Source of the DNA: Haloferax volcanii DS2
Lineage (GTDB): Archaea; Halobacteriota; Halobacteria; Halobacteriales; Haloferacaceae
Assembly: GCF_000025685.1 (NCBI RefSeq)
Contig: NC_013967.1
Location: forward strand, 720,001 to 752,000
Direction: 5' to 3'
Length of the DNA: 32,000 bases
Below are positions 14,938 to 22,826 of the stretch, one piece after another. Within the stretch, counting starts at the first letter, position 1. Each line of letters starts with the position of its first letter. Under the pieces are notes generated by a model, which had not been told where the DNA came from, searched no databases, and saw nothing but the letters and a program-made list of their open reading frames with translations. The translations under genes were made by a program, and so were the position numbers.

Positions 14938-15717
14938 CTACGGCTCCGTCACCTCGAACAGCACGCCCGCGTCGCGGAGCGCGTCGGTCACGCGCCCGGC
15001 GGTGTCGGTGCTGGCGACGACCGCGACGTCGAGGCCGCGGGCCGCGGCGTCGGCGGCGACCTCGCCCGGCGCGAACCACGTCCGCACGTCGACCGACGCG
15101 TGGCGGCAGGCGACGACGGCCTCGATGCCCGCGGCGACGACGATGTCGGCGTCGTCGCACGCCGCCGCGAGCGCGTCCGAACCGACCGCGTCGGACTCGG
15201 CAAGTCGCGCCGGCGGCACTTGGAGCACGCGGACCGAACCGGGTTCCATCTCGATGACGCCCTCGAAGCCGGTGACGCTGGCCGCGCCGCCCGCCTCGGC
15301 GTCGGTGGTGGCGACGCCGATGGCCGGGCCGTCGTCGCCGGGCGTGGCGTGGAGCAGTCCCTCGCGGAGCGACAGCGTCACGGTGTCGCCGGCCGCCACG
15401 TCCTCGGTGACGATTGCGGCGTCCTCGTTGACGCTCTCCAGCACGTCGTCGGTGACGTGTTCGGCGAACCGCTGGAGGGCGCGAGCCTCCTGAAACAGCC
15501 AGTCCACCCCCTCTTTCGTCACGCGGTAGCGCGACCGGCCCTGCTTTTCGACGAGCCCGTCTTCGACGAGGTCGCGGATGTACTCGGAGACCGCCTGACT
15601 CGTCACCCCGACCGCCTCGGCGATTTCGCCTTGGCTCACCGCCGGCTGTCGGTCGGCTATCTCGGCGAGGATGCGAAACCGGGTCGCGGTGCGCTTGTCC
15701 TCCAGTGCGCCGCTCAT
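14938..15717 (-). CDS. MarR/wHTH-type transcriptional regulator with a C-terminal domain of unknown function
   Basis: The track ORF runs 14938..15972. I prefer the ATG at 15717 (MSGALEDKRTATRFRILAEIADRQPAVSQGEIAEAVGVTSQAVSEYIRDLVEDGLVEKQGRSRYRVTKEG). TATA-like CTTTTTAG on the minus strand lies about 27 nt upstream (15741-15750). Confidence 0.78.
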   Translation of the reverse strand: MSGALEDKRTATRFRILAEIADRQPAVSQGEIAEAVGVTSQAVSEYIRDLVEDGLVEKQGRSRYRVTKEGVDWLFQEARALQRFAEHVTDDVLESVNEDAAIVTEDVAAGDTVTLSLREGLLHATPGDDGPAIGVATTDAEAGGAASVTGFEGVIEMEPGSVRVLQVPPARLAESDAVGSDALAAACDDADIVVAAGIEAVVACRHASVDVRTWFAPGEVAADAAARGLDVAVVASTDTAGRVTDALRDAGVLFEVTEP

Positions 15718-15847
15718 GTGCCGAACGTGGGACGCACTGACTAAAAAGGCCCCTGCTCCACCACGCGGTTCGACCGCCCGCTCGCAGGCCCTCGGCGCGG
15801 CGCGCGCCTCCGGTGGTAATTTGTCTCCGCCGACCCTCCACTCGGCC

Positions 15848-16540
15848 GTGACCAGCGTCTCCGTCCGCGAGCGCGCCATCTTTCTCCCCGACGCCGACGC
15901 GCTCGTCCTCGCGGACCTCCACGTCGGCCGAGCGGACGCCTCGGCGGTCGATTTCCCGCTCGGCGAGGGCACCGACCTCGCGGCGCGCCTGCGAGCCTAC
16001 TGCGCCGAGTTCGACCCCCGCGAAGTCGTCTTCGCCGGCGACGTGCTCCACCGGTTCGACCGCGTCTCGGAGCGCCACGTCGCGGCCCTCGAAACCCTCG
16101 CTGAGACGTGCACTGACGCCGGTGCCGACCCGGTGTTCGTCGCCGGCAACCACGACACGATGCTCGCGGCGGTCCAGTCGGGCGAGGTTCACGACGAGTA
16201 CCGCCTCGCTGACGGGACGCTCGTCTGCCACGGCCACCGCGACCCCGACGGCGACGCCGAGCGCTACGTCGTCGGCCACGACCACCCGACGCTCGCCGTC
16301 GAGGGCCGCCGGCGGCCCTGCGTCCTCTACGGACCCGACGCCTACCGCGGCGGCGACGTGCTGATGTTGCCGGCGTTCACCCGTCTCGCCGCGGGCGTCG
16401 AAGTAAACGGGATGCGAGGGGCCGACTTCGACTCGCCGCTGGTGCGCGAGGCGGGTCGCTTCCGGCCGCTCGTCCGCGACGCGGAGGCGGGCGAGACGCT
16501 CACGTTCCCGCCGCTGGGGGAGCTTCGACGGTTGCTCTGA
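15848..16540 (+). CDS. Metallophosphoesterase (calcineurin-like, SbcD/Mre11-related archaeal type)
   Basis: Motifs: LVLADLHVG...VVFAGDVLH...VFVAGNHD...VCHGH...VVGHDHP. I use the GTG at 15848 (MTSVSVRERAIFLPDADALVLADLHVG). TATA-like GGTAATTTG lies about 27-30 nt upstream. Confidence 0.8.
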   Translation: MTSVSVRERAIFLPDADALVLADLHVGRADASAVDFPLGEGTDLAARLRAYCAEFDPREVVFAGDVLHRFDRVSERHVAALETLAETCTDAGADPVFVAGNHDTMLAAVQSGEVHDEYRLADGTLVCHGHRDPDGDAERYVVGHDHPTLAVEGRRRPCVLYGPDAYRGGDVLMLPAFTRLAAGVEVNGMRGADFDSPLVREAGRFRPLVRDAEAGETLTFPPLGELRRLL

Positions 16541-16583
16541 GAGTCCGAGGCGGACGGGTCGAAAAACGACGTGGGGCGCGCGA

Positions 16584-17861
16584 TTACGACAGGTCGTCGC
16601 GGACGGCGTCGGCCGCCTCTTTCCCGCTCCGCATCGCGCCCTGAATCGACGACCACGCGGTGTAGTCGCCGGCGAGGTACGCCCGACCGGGGGCGTCGCG
16701 GGCGTCGGGCAGGGACTCGTGGACGCCCGGCGGCTGGGCGAACTGCGCGAAGGAGATGTAGTCGGTGTGGAGCAGTTCGAGGTCGTCGAAGTAGCGCTCG
16801 GGGTACCACGCTTCGAGCGTCCGGCGGGTCTTTTCGAACAGCGCTTCCTCAGATTCGTCCTGCGCGGCCGCGCCGAGGAACGTCGCGTTCAGAAGTTCTC
16901 TGCCCGGCGGGGCGTACTCCGGCGCGACCGTCGACAGCGGGACGACCGTGTTGGGGTCGGGACTCGGAGCGTTGAGCATGATGCGCTTGCCCGCGTCGAG
17001 TCCGCTCCCGCTCGGGAGCGTGTAGTACTGGGTGACACAGCCGTGGGCCCCGGTCGGAATCGACCCGACGCCGGTCAGCCGGCGCGCCTCCTTGGGGTCG
17101 GTGGCGACGACGACCGCGTCGGCTTCGAGCGACTCGCGGCCCGTGGTGACGACCGCGCCGTCGCCGCGGGATTCGACCGATTCCACGCGCTCGCCGAGGC
17201 GGAACGTCGCGCCCTCGTCGCGGGCGGCGTCGGCAAGCTGTTCGGGAACCGCCCCCATCCCCGCCGCGGGGACCGCGGTGCTCCCCGTCGAGAGCATCTT
17301 GAAGGTGTACTCGAACACCCGCTTCGACGACGAGAGCGAGCGGTCGAGCGTGATGCCGCCGTAGAACGGCGCGACGAAGTGCTCGATGTAGTCCTCGGAG
17401 AAGCCCCAGTCGCGGAGGTACGACCGGATGCTCCGGTCGGCGGCGGCGAAGATTTCGTCCTCGTCGCGGGTGCTCACGTCCTGTCTGAGCGCCAGCGTCC
17501 GGAGCTTGTCGCTCGTCGTCACCTCGGGGTTGCGGACGGACTCGAACAGGCTCCCGATGTCGCGGAGGGGATCGGAGAGCACCGCGCGCCTGCTCGGTCG
17601 GCAGATGGTCGCGCCGGGCGTGAACCGCCGGAGGTCCAGCGCGTCGAGGTCGAGTTCCCGCCGGACCGCGGGGTAGTCGGTGAAGAGGACCTGAAACCCG
17701 CGGTCGAGCGTGAAGCCGTCTTTCGTCCGGGTGCGGACCCGCCCGCCGACGTCGTCGCGCCGCTCCACGACGGTCACGTCGGCCCCGTCGTCGGCGAGGT
17801 GTCGCGCGGCGACGAGGCCCGCGAGGCCCGCGCCGACGACCGCGATGTGGCTATCGTCCAT
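16584..17861 (-). CDS. NAD(P)/FAD-dependent oxidoreductase (amine oxidase / phytoene-desaturase-like fold)
   Basis: Dinucleotide-binding N-terminus: MDDSHIAVVGAGLAGLVAARHLADDGADVTVVERRDDVGGR. C-terminal flavin motif: AYLAGDYTAWSSIQGAMRSG. I prefer the ATG at 17861 over the track start at 17888. Confidence 0.85.
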   Translation of the reverse strand: MDDSHIAVVGAGLAGLVAARHLADDGADVTVVERRDDVGGRVRTRTKDGFTLDRGFQVLFTDYPAVRRELDLDALDLRRFTPGATICRPSRRAVLSDPLRDIGSLFESVRNPEVTTSDKLRTLALRQDVSTRDEDEIFAAADRSIRSYLRDWGFSEDYIEHFVAPFYGGITLDRSLSSSKRVFEYTFKMLSTGSTAVPAAGMGAVPEQLADAARDEGATFRLGERVESVESRGDGAVVTTGRESLEADAVVVATDPKEARRLTGVGSIPTGAHGCVTQYYTLPSGSGLDAGKRIMLNAPSPDPNTVVPLSTVAPEYAPPGRELLNATFLGAAAQDESEEALFEKTRRTLEAWYPERYFDDLELLHTDYISFAQFAQPPGVHESLPDARDAPGRAYLAGDYTAWSSIQGAMRSGKEAADAVRDDLS

Positions 17862-17955
17862 ACCACGTCTCTCGGACGGGCGACACAAAGCCGCTACGGG
17901 TGGCGGCCATCGGCCGACGGGAAGGGCTTAGTCCCTCCCCCCGTAAGCCCCGCCC

Positions 17956-19125
17956 ATGCAGACGTCTGACAGCTTCTCCGGGCTGGTGTGCACGGAGACC
18001 GGCGACGAGTACGACGCGGCCGCGACCGGCCCGAGCGACGCCGACGCGCCGCTCGACCCCGCCTACGACCTCGACGCGGTCGAGTGGGACGCCGAGACGC
18101 TCGCCGCGCGCCCCTTCGACACGATGTGGCGCTACCGCGAACTGCTCCCGTTCGCGGAGCCGGTGACGGCAAACGAGGGCGCGACGCCCCTCGTCGCGGC
18201 CGACGCGCTCGCCGAGGAGGCCGAGGTCGGTTCGCTCCTCATCAAGGACGAGGGCCGCAACCCGACCGGAACGTTCCTCGACCGCGGCTTCTCGCTCGCC
18301 GTCACCGCCGCGCGCGAGGCCGACGCCGAGGTCGTCGCGCACGCCTCGCCCGGCAACGGCGCGCAGTCGGCGGCCTCCTACGCGGGCCTCGTGGACGCTC
18401 GCTCCTACGGCTTCGTCCCCTCGCGGACGCCGTTCCCGAACAAGGCCATGGTGAACGTCCACGGCGGCCAGATGAAGGTCGTCGGCGGGCGCTACCCCGA
18501 CGCGCTTTCGGCGCTCCACGAACAGCTCAAAAGCGACTGGCACACGCTCCAGGAGTTCGACAACCCCTACCGCCACGACGGCGCGAAAACCATCGCCTAC
18601 GAGGTCGCAGAGCGCCTCGACTGGTCGGTCCCCGACTGGGTCGTCGTCCCCGTCTCGACCGGCGAACTCGCCTACGGCGTCTACAAGGGCTTTTCCGACC
18701 TCGTCGAACTCGGATTGGTCGAGTCGATGCCCAAGCTCGTCGCGGCGCAGTCGGTCGGTTGCTCGCCCGTCGCCACCGCGTGGGAGGCCGACAGCGACAC
18801 TCACGAGGCGTGGAACCAGCCGGACACCATCGTCGGTGAACTGGAGATTCCCGACCCCACGGGCGGGTCGCTCGCGCTCCGCGCCGTCCGCGAGTCCGGC
18901 GGTGCGGCCGTCGCCGTCAGCGACGACGACGCGCTCGAATCCGCCGTTACTGCCGCTCAGTCCGCCGGCGTCGAGGTCGGCCCAGCGGGCGGCGTCGCGC
19001 TCGCCGGCGCGTGGGAACTCGCGGACGAGTTCGACGAAGACGACACGGTCGTCGTCGTCAACACCGAATCCGGGACGAAGAACGCCGACATCCTCCGCAG
19101 CCACCTGATGGGACAGGGCGTCTGA
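17956..19125 (+). CDS. Threonine synthase-like (fold-type II PLP enzyme family) protein lacking the canonical PLP-lysine
   Basis: 389-aa ORF with ThrC-like layout: WRYRELLPF...EGATPLV...LLIKDEGRNPTGTFLDRGFSLAV...ASPGNGAQSAASYA...DNPYRHDGAKTIAYEV. The position of the Schiff-base Lys in the ...TGSFKDRG motif is Leu (CTC at 18277-18279). Confidence 0.85.
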   Translation: MQTSDSFSGLVCTETGDEYDAAATGPSDADAPLDPAYDLDAVEWDAETLAARPFDTMWRYRELLPFAEPVTANEGATPLVAADALAEEAEVGSLLIKDEGRNPTGTFLDRGFSLAVTAAREADAEVVAHASPGNGAQSAASYAGLVDARSYGFVPSRTPFPNKAMVNVHGGQMKVVGGRYPDALSALHEQLKSDWHTLQEFDNPYRHDGAKTIAYEVAERLDWSVPDWVVVPVSTGELAYGVYKGFSDLVELGLVESMPKLVAAQSVGCSPVATAWEADSDTHEAWNQPDTIVGELEIPDPTGGSLALRAVRESGGAAVAVSDDDALESAVTAAQSAGVEVGPAGGVALAGAWELADEFDEDDTVVVVNTESGTKNADILRSHLMGQGV

Positions 19126-19189
19126 GCGCCCGATTCGGTCGACTGGTCTCCCGCTCGAACCCTCTCGTTACCTCCATCAGACTTTTACT

Positions 19190-19203
19190 TTAGACGCATC
19201 TAA
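19190..19203 (+). promoter_or_regulatory. Palindrome TTAGA-cgca-TCTAA between the TATA-like box and the start of the DtxR-family gene (candidate auto-operator)
   Basis: Read directly from the sequence. The TATA-like CTTTTACTT lies at about 19182-19190 and the palindrome ends 9 nt before the ATG at 19212, so it overlaps the expected transcription start. Confidence 0.45.
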
Positions 19204-19211
19204 TCCGTGGT

Positions 19212-19907
19212 ATGTTGAGCGACGTGATGGAGGACTATCTGAAGGCTATCTACACGCTCCAGATGGAGCAGGGACCGCCGGTTTCGACCTCCGACATCGC
19301 GGAGTATCTCGGGAAAACGCCGCCGACCGTGACGAGCATGGTCGGCAAGCTCGAAGAGCGCGGGCTGGTCGACCGCGAGAAGTACAAGGGCGTCGAACTG
19401 ACCGCGGAGGGCGAGACGGTCGCGCTCGAAGTGCTCCGACACCACCGCCTCTTGGAGGCGTACCTCACCGAACACCTCGACTACTCGTGGAGCGAGGTCC
19501 ACGACGAGGCCGACGCGCTCGAACACCACATCAGCGAGGAGTTCGAAAAGCGGGTCGCGGCCGCTCTCGGTGAGCCCGAGGTCGACCCCCACGGCGACCC
19601 CATCCCGAGCGCCGACCTCACGCCCCCGGACTCCTCGGGGCTGTCGGCGCTCTCCGACTGCGAGGTGGGCGACCGCCTCGTCGTCGCCCGCGTCAGCGAC
19701 CGCGACCCCGCGGAGCTGGAGTATCTCTCCGAGGCGGGCGTCACGCCCGGCACGACCATCGAAGTAACCGATATCGCCCCCTTCGGGATGGTGACGGTCC
19801 TCGTCGGCGACGGCGGCCGCGAGCAGAGCCTCCCGGAGTCGGTGGCCCGAACGATTCGCGTCCGACCGCCCGACGAGCCGAGTAACGAGGAGGTGTCGCC
19901 CGCGTGA
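19212..19907 (+). CDS. DtxR/MntR/SirR-family metal-dependent transcriptional regulator with a C-terminal FeoA-like domain
   Basis: MEDYLKAIYTLQMEQGPPVSTSDIAEYLGKTPPTVTSMVGKLEERGLVDREKYKGVELTAEGETVALEVLRHHRLLEAYL...EVHDEADALEHHISEEFEKRV...DPHGDPIP. The C-terminal segment VGDRLVVARVSD...LEYLSEAGVTPGTTIEV looks FeoA/SH3-like. Confidence 0.92.
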   Translation: MLSDVMEDYLKAIYTLQMEQGPPVSTSDIAEYLGKTPPTVTSMVGKLEERGLVDREKYKGVELTAEGETVALEVLRHHRLLEAYLTEHLDYSWSEVHDEADALEHHISEEFEKRVAAALGEPEVDPHGDPIPSADLTPPDSSGLSALSDCEVGDRLVVARVSDRDPAELEYLSEAGVTPGTTIEVTDIAPFGMVTVLVGDGGREQSLPESVARTIRVRPPDEPSNEEVSPA

Positions 19908-20605
19908 CCGGCTGGTGGGAGATTCTCGTCGTCGCGCTCGTCACCCAGCTTGCGGTGCTGCCGGGCGAGAAGGTCCAGTTCATCATCGCGGGGCTGTCGA
20001 CCCGCTTCGACCCGAAGGTCGTCGTCGCGGCCGCGGGCTCGGCGTTCGCCATCTGGACGGCGCTCGAAATCCTGCTCGGACAGGCGCTCAAGAACGCGCT
20101 CTCGCCGGCCGCGCTCGACGCCATCACCGCCGTCCTGTTCGCCACGTTCGCGGTGTTGCTCTACCGCTCCGCGCCCGACGCGTCCGCGGAGAGCGAGGCC
20201 GCGACCACCGACGGGGGAGTCTCCGGCCTCGACGACGCGCCGACCGTGTTCGGCCGCGAGCTGTCGACGCAGGGATTCGGCGGTTTCCTCCCCATCTTCG
20301 CCATGATGGCCGCCGGCGAGTTCGGTGACAAGACCCAGCTCGTCACCATCGGGCTGGCCGTGCAGTACGGCGCGACCTCGGCCATCTGGGCGGGCGAGAT
20401 GCTCGCTATCATCCCGGTGAGCATCGCCAACGCGTACTTCTTCCACCGGTTTTCCCACCGGTTCGACACGCGCAAGGCGTACCTCGGCGCGGCCGGCCTG
20501 TTCGCCTTCTTCGCCGCCGACACACTCCTCTCCCTTGCCACCGGATTCTCCGTCTGGGAGACGCTCGTCGGCACCGCCAGCGACGCCGTCCTCGCGCTGT
20601 TCTGA
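19904..20605 (+). CDS. UPF0016/GDT1 (TMEM165)-family membrane protein, putative Mn2+/Ca2+ transporter
   Basis: 233-aa polytopic ORF. The second-half signature EFGDKTQLVTIGLA matches E-x-G-D-K-T. The first-half counterpart is degenerate (LPGEKVQFIIAGL). The GTG start overlaps the regulator stop (GTGA at 19904-19907). Confidence 0.8.
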   Translation: MTGWWEILVVALVTQLAVLPGEKVQFIIAGLSTRFDPKVVVAAAGSAFAIWTALEILLGQALKNALSPAALDAITAVLFATFAVLLYRSAPDASAESEAATTDGGVSGLDDAPTVFGRELSTQGFGGFLPIFAMMAAGEFGDKTQLVTIGLAVQYGATSAIWAGEMLAIIPVSIANAYFFHRFSHRFDTRKAYLGAAGLFAFFAADTLLSLATGFSVWETLVGTASDAVLALF

Positions 20606-20691
20606 CCGGCCGCGCGCGCCCCTCGCCGGCCACGACCTCCGCACCGTCGCTTCCGCGCCATTTTTCACGGTATCGCGCCCAAAGGAGAGCC

Positions 20692-21375
20692 ATGTCTACC
20701 CTCCTTCCGTCTCTGGGTGCCGGGCTGGTGTTCGGGCTGGCGCTCGCCGCGCCGCCCGGCCCGATGAACGCCGTCATCGCCGAGGAGAGCGTCGTCCGCG
20801 GGTGGACCGCGGGCGCTCGCGCCGGTCTCGGCGCGATGAGTGCCGACGCGCTCTTTTTCGTCCTCGCGGCGCTCGGCCTCGTCGCGTTCGTCGGGCAGTT
20901 CCCGACGGTGCAGGCCGTCATGGTCGGTGCCGGCGGCGTCCTCATGCTCTACTTCGCCTACGGCGCGGCACAGGAGATGGACACCACGTTCCGCGAGGCC
21001 GCCGACCCCGACGAGGACAGCGCGGGCTTCACGAAGGCGTTCGTGCTCGCGCTGACGAACCCCTACCAGATTCTGTTCTGGCTCACCATCGGCGTCGGCC
21101 TCTTGGAGACCGGCACCGTCGACGTGCTCGCCCACACGCCGTATCTCGGGGCGTCGCTGGCGAACCTCCTCGTCGTGGAGACGGGAAGCCCGGCGCTCAT
21201 CCTCGGCTTCTTCGGCGGCATCGCGGTCTGGGTGACCGGCTTCCCCGCGGCGCTCGTCGCGGCCGAACAGCGCGTCGACTCCTTCGCGTCGGCCGTCGCC
21301 GCCGTCAGCGCCGTCGTCCTCGGCGGCTTCGGCGTCGTCTTCATCTGGGACGCGGTGCGGTCGCTCGTGCTCTGA
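20692..21375 (+). CDS. LysE/RhtB-family amino-acid exporter
   Basis: 227-aa polytopic ORF: GLVFGLALAAPPGPMNAVIAEES...FTKAFVLALTNPYQILFWLTIG. TATA-like ATTTTTCA lies about 29 nt upstream (20660-20667). Confidence 0.82.
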   Translation: MSTLLPSLGAGLVFGLALAAPPGPMNAVIAEESVVRGWTAGARAGLGAMSADALFFVLAALGLVAFVGQFPTVQAVMVGAGGVLMLYFAYGAAQEMDTTFREAADPDEDSAGFTKAFVLALTNPYQILFWLTIGVGLLETGTVDVLAHTPYLGASLANLLVVETGSPALILGFFGGIAVWVTGFPAALVAAEQRVDSFASAVAAVSAVVLGGFGVVFIWDAVRSLVL

Positions 21376-21510
21376 CTCGCGGACGCGCGACTGCTCGAAA
21401 CCGCAGCCCCCCGAAACCGGCTCGCAGCCCCGCGATTTCCGCCGGGCGTTCGGCGCGCCCCCGTCTCCGAGACGAGAAACACTATGAACCGTGGTGGTCG
21501 ATTCCCGCGT

Positions 21511-22557
21511 ATGTTCGATAAATCGACGTGGATTAAGCTGCCCCGGAACGTGCTTCAGGGCCACGGCGTGCTCGACGACCTCTCGGCCGCGGTCGACGAG
21601 CTGTACCTCTCCGGCGACCCGTTTCTCGTCACGAGCCCGTCGCCCGACCGCATCGCCGGCGACCGGGTCCGCGACCAGTTCGACGGCATCACGTCTATCT
21701 CGCTCGACCGCGCGAGCTTCGAGTCGGTCGAGCGCGTCGTCGACGCGGCCCGCGAGGCCGACGCGGGCTACCTCATCGCCCTCGGCGGCGGCAAGCCAAT
21801 CGACGTGGCGAAGATGGCCTCCGACCGCCTCGACTGCGGTTTCATCTCGGTCCCGACGGCGGCGAGCCACGACGGCATCGTCTCGGGTCGGTCGTCGATT
21901 CCCGAGGGCGACACCCGCCACTCGGTCGCCGCCGACCCGCCGCTCGCGGTCGTCGCCGACACGGAACTGCTCGCGGAGGCCCCGTGGGAGCTCACGACCG
22001 CCGGCTGCGCCGACATCATCTCGAACTACACCGCGGTCAAAGACTGGGAACTCGCCCACCGCCTGAAGAACGTCGAGTACTCCGAGTACGCGGGCGCGCT
22101 CTCGCAGATGACCGCCGAGATGCTCGTCGGCAGCGCCGACTCCATCAAACCGGGCCTCGAAGAGTCCGCCTGGATAGTGACGAAGGCGCTCGTCTCCTCT
22201 GGCGTCGCCATGTCCATCGCCGGCTCCTCGCGGCCCGCGTCGGGCGCGGAACACCTCTTTTCGCACCAGCTCGACCGCATCGCGCCCGGAAGCGCCCTCC
22301 ACGGCCACCAGGTCGGCGTCGGCTCCATCATGACCGAGTACTTCCACAGCGGCGCGCGCGGCGAGTGGACCGACATCCGCGACGCCCTCTCGACGATGGG
22401 CGCGCCGACGACTGCCGACGAACTCGGCATCGACGACGAGACGATTATCGAGGCGCTCACGACCGCCCACGAGATTCGCGACCGCTACACGATTCTCGGC
22501 AACGGCGTCAGCGAGGAGGCGGCCATCGAGGCCGCGACCATCACGGGCGTCATCTAA
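21511..22557 (+). CDS. egsA: sn-Glycerol-1-phosphate dehydrogenase
   Basis: MFDKSTWIKLPRNVLQGHG...LIALGGGKPIDVAKMAS...FISVPTAASHDGIVSGRSSI...TAGCADIISNYTAVKDWELA...GAEHLFSHQLD...HGHQVGVG. I prefer the ATG at 21511 over 21484. Confidence 0.93.
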   Translation: MFDKSTWIKLPRNVLQGHGVLDDLSAAVDELYLSGDPFLVTSPSPDRIAGDRVRDQFDGITSISLDRASFESVERVVDAAREADAGYLIALGGGKPIDVAKMASDRLDCGFISVPTAASHDGIVSGRSSIPEGDTRHSVAADPPLAVVADTELLAEAPWELTTAGCADIISNYTAVKDWELAHRLKNVEYSEYAGALSQMTAEMLVGSADSIKPGLEESAWIVTKALVSSGVAMSIAGSSRPASGAEHLFSHQLDRIAPGSALHGHQVGVGSIMTEYFHSGARGEWTDIRDALSTMGAPTTADELGIDDETIIEALTTAHEIRDRYTILGNGVSEEAAIEAATITGVI

Positions 22558-22564
22558 GCCCACC

Positions 22565-22569
22565 TTTTT
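22565..22569 (+). terminator. Oligo-T run (T5) immediately after the egsA stop codon
   Basis: The sequence reads taagcccaccTTTTTacg, 8 nt after the stop. Confidence 0.5.
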
Positions 22570-22600
22570 ACGCCTCGGGTCGCGGAGCGACCACTCGCGG

Positions 22601-22652
22601 AAAAACCTGGAGGGAAAAAGCCACGAGACTCGGCCTCCGGCCTCGCTCGTGG
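22601..22652 (-). terminator. Hairpin (CCACGAG...CTCGTGG, 22621-22652) followed on the minus strand by two T5 runs (22615-22619 and 22601-22605)
   Basis: Read directly from the sequence. The 7-bp outer stem plus an inner GGCC/GGCC stem is followed by CTTTTTCCCTCCAGGTTTTTCC on the minus strand. No annotated minus-strand gene feeds into it. Confidence 0.4.
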
Positions 22653-22826
22653 TACCGCGCTTTCGTGTCACACGACGTGACGTTCTCGGGACTCCGTGAC
22701 GCGGGGTTCCGACCGAAGCAAGTCGACTTCGCACAGCCGCTGGAGTGAGTCGACTCTTGGTGGTACCGCTCTCAAACGCCGTCCGGAACCCGAAGACGGA
22801 ATACGTCGTCTTCCCAATCCCCGGCC

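Noticed and set aside
15718-15972. 5' extension of the wHTH regulator ORF (and the 15671..15847 extension of the phosphoesterase ORF)
   Set aside because: The two extensions overlap each other in the divergent promoter region and are basic low complexity. Both internal starts have TATA-like boxes at about -27.
19200-19592. 130-aa minus-strand ORF that superficially looks protein-like (acidic and hydrophobic)
   Set aside because: It is the exact antisense frame of the DtxR-family gene. The protein-like look comes from GAC/GTC and GAG/CTC codon mirroring. There is no independent promoter and no motif.
21484-21510. Upstream ATG for egsA (MNRGGRFPR...)
   Set aside because: The nine extra residues are basic and unlike G1P dehydrogenase N-termini as I remember them. 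The TATA-like ACACTATGAA sits about 27 nt upstream of the second ATG (21511) and includes the first ATG.
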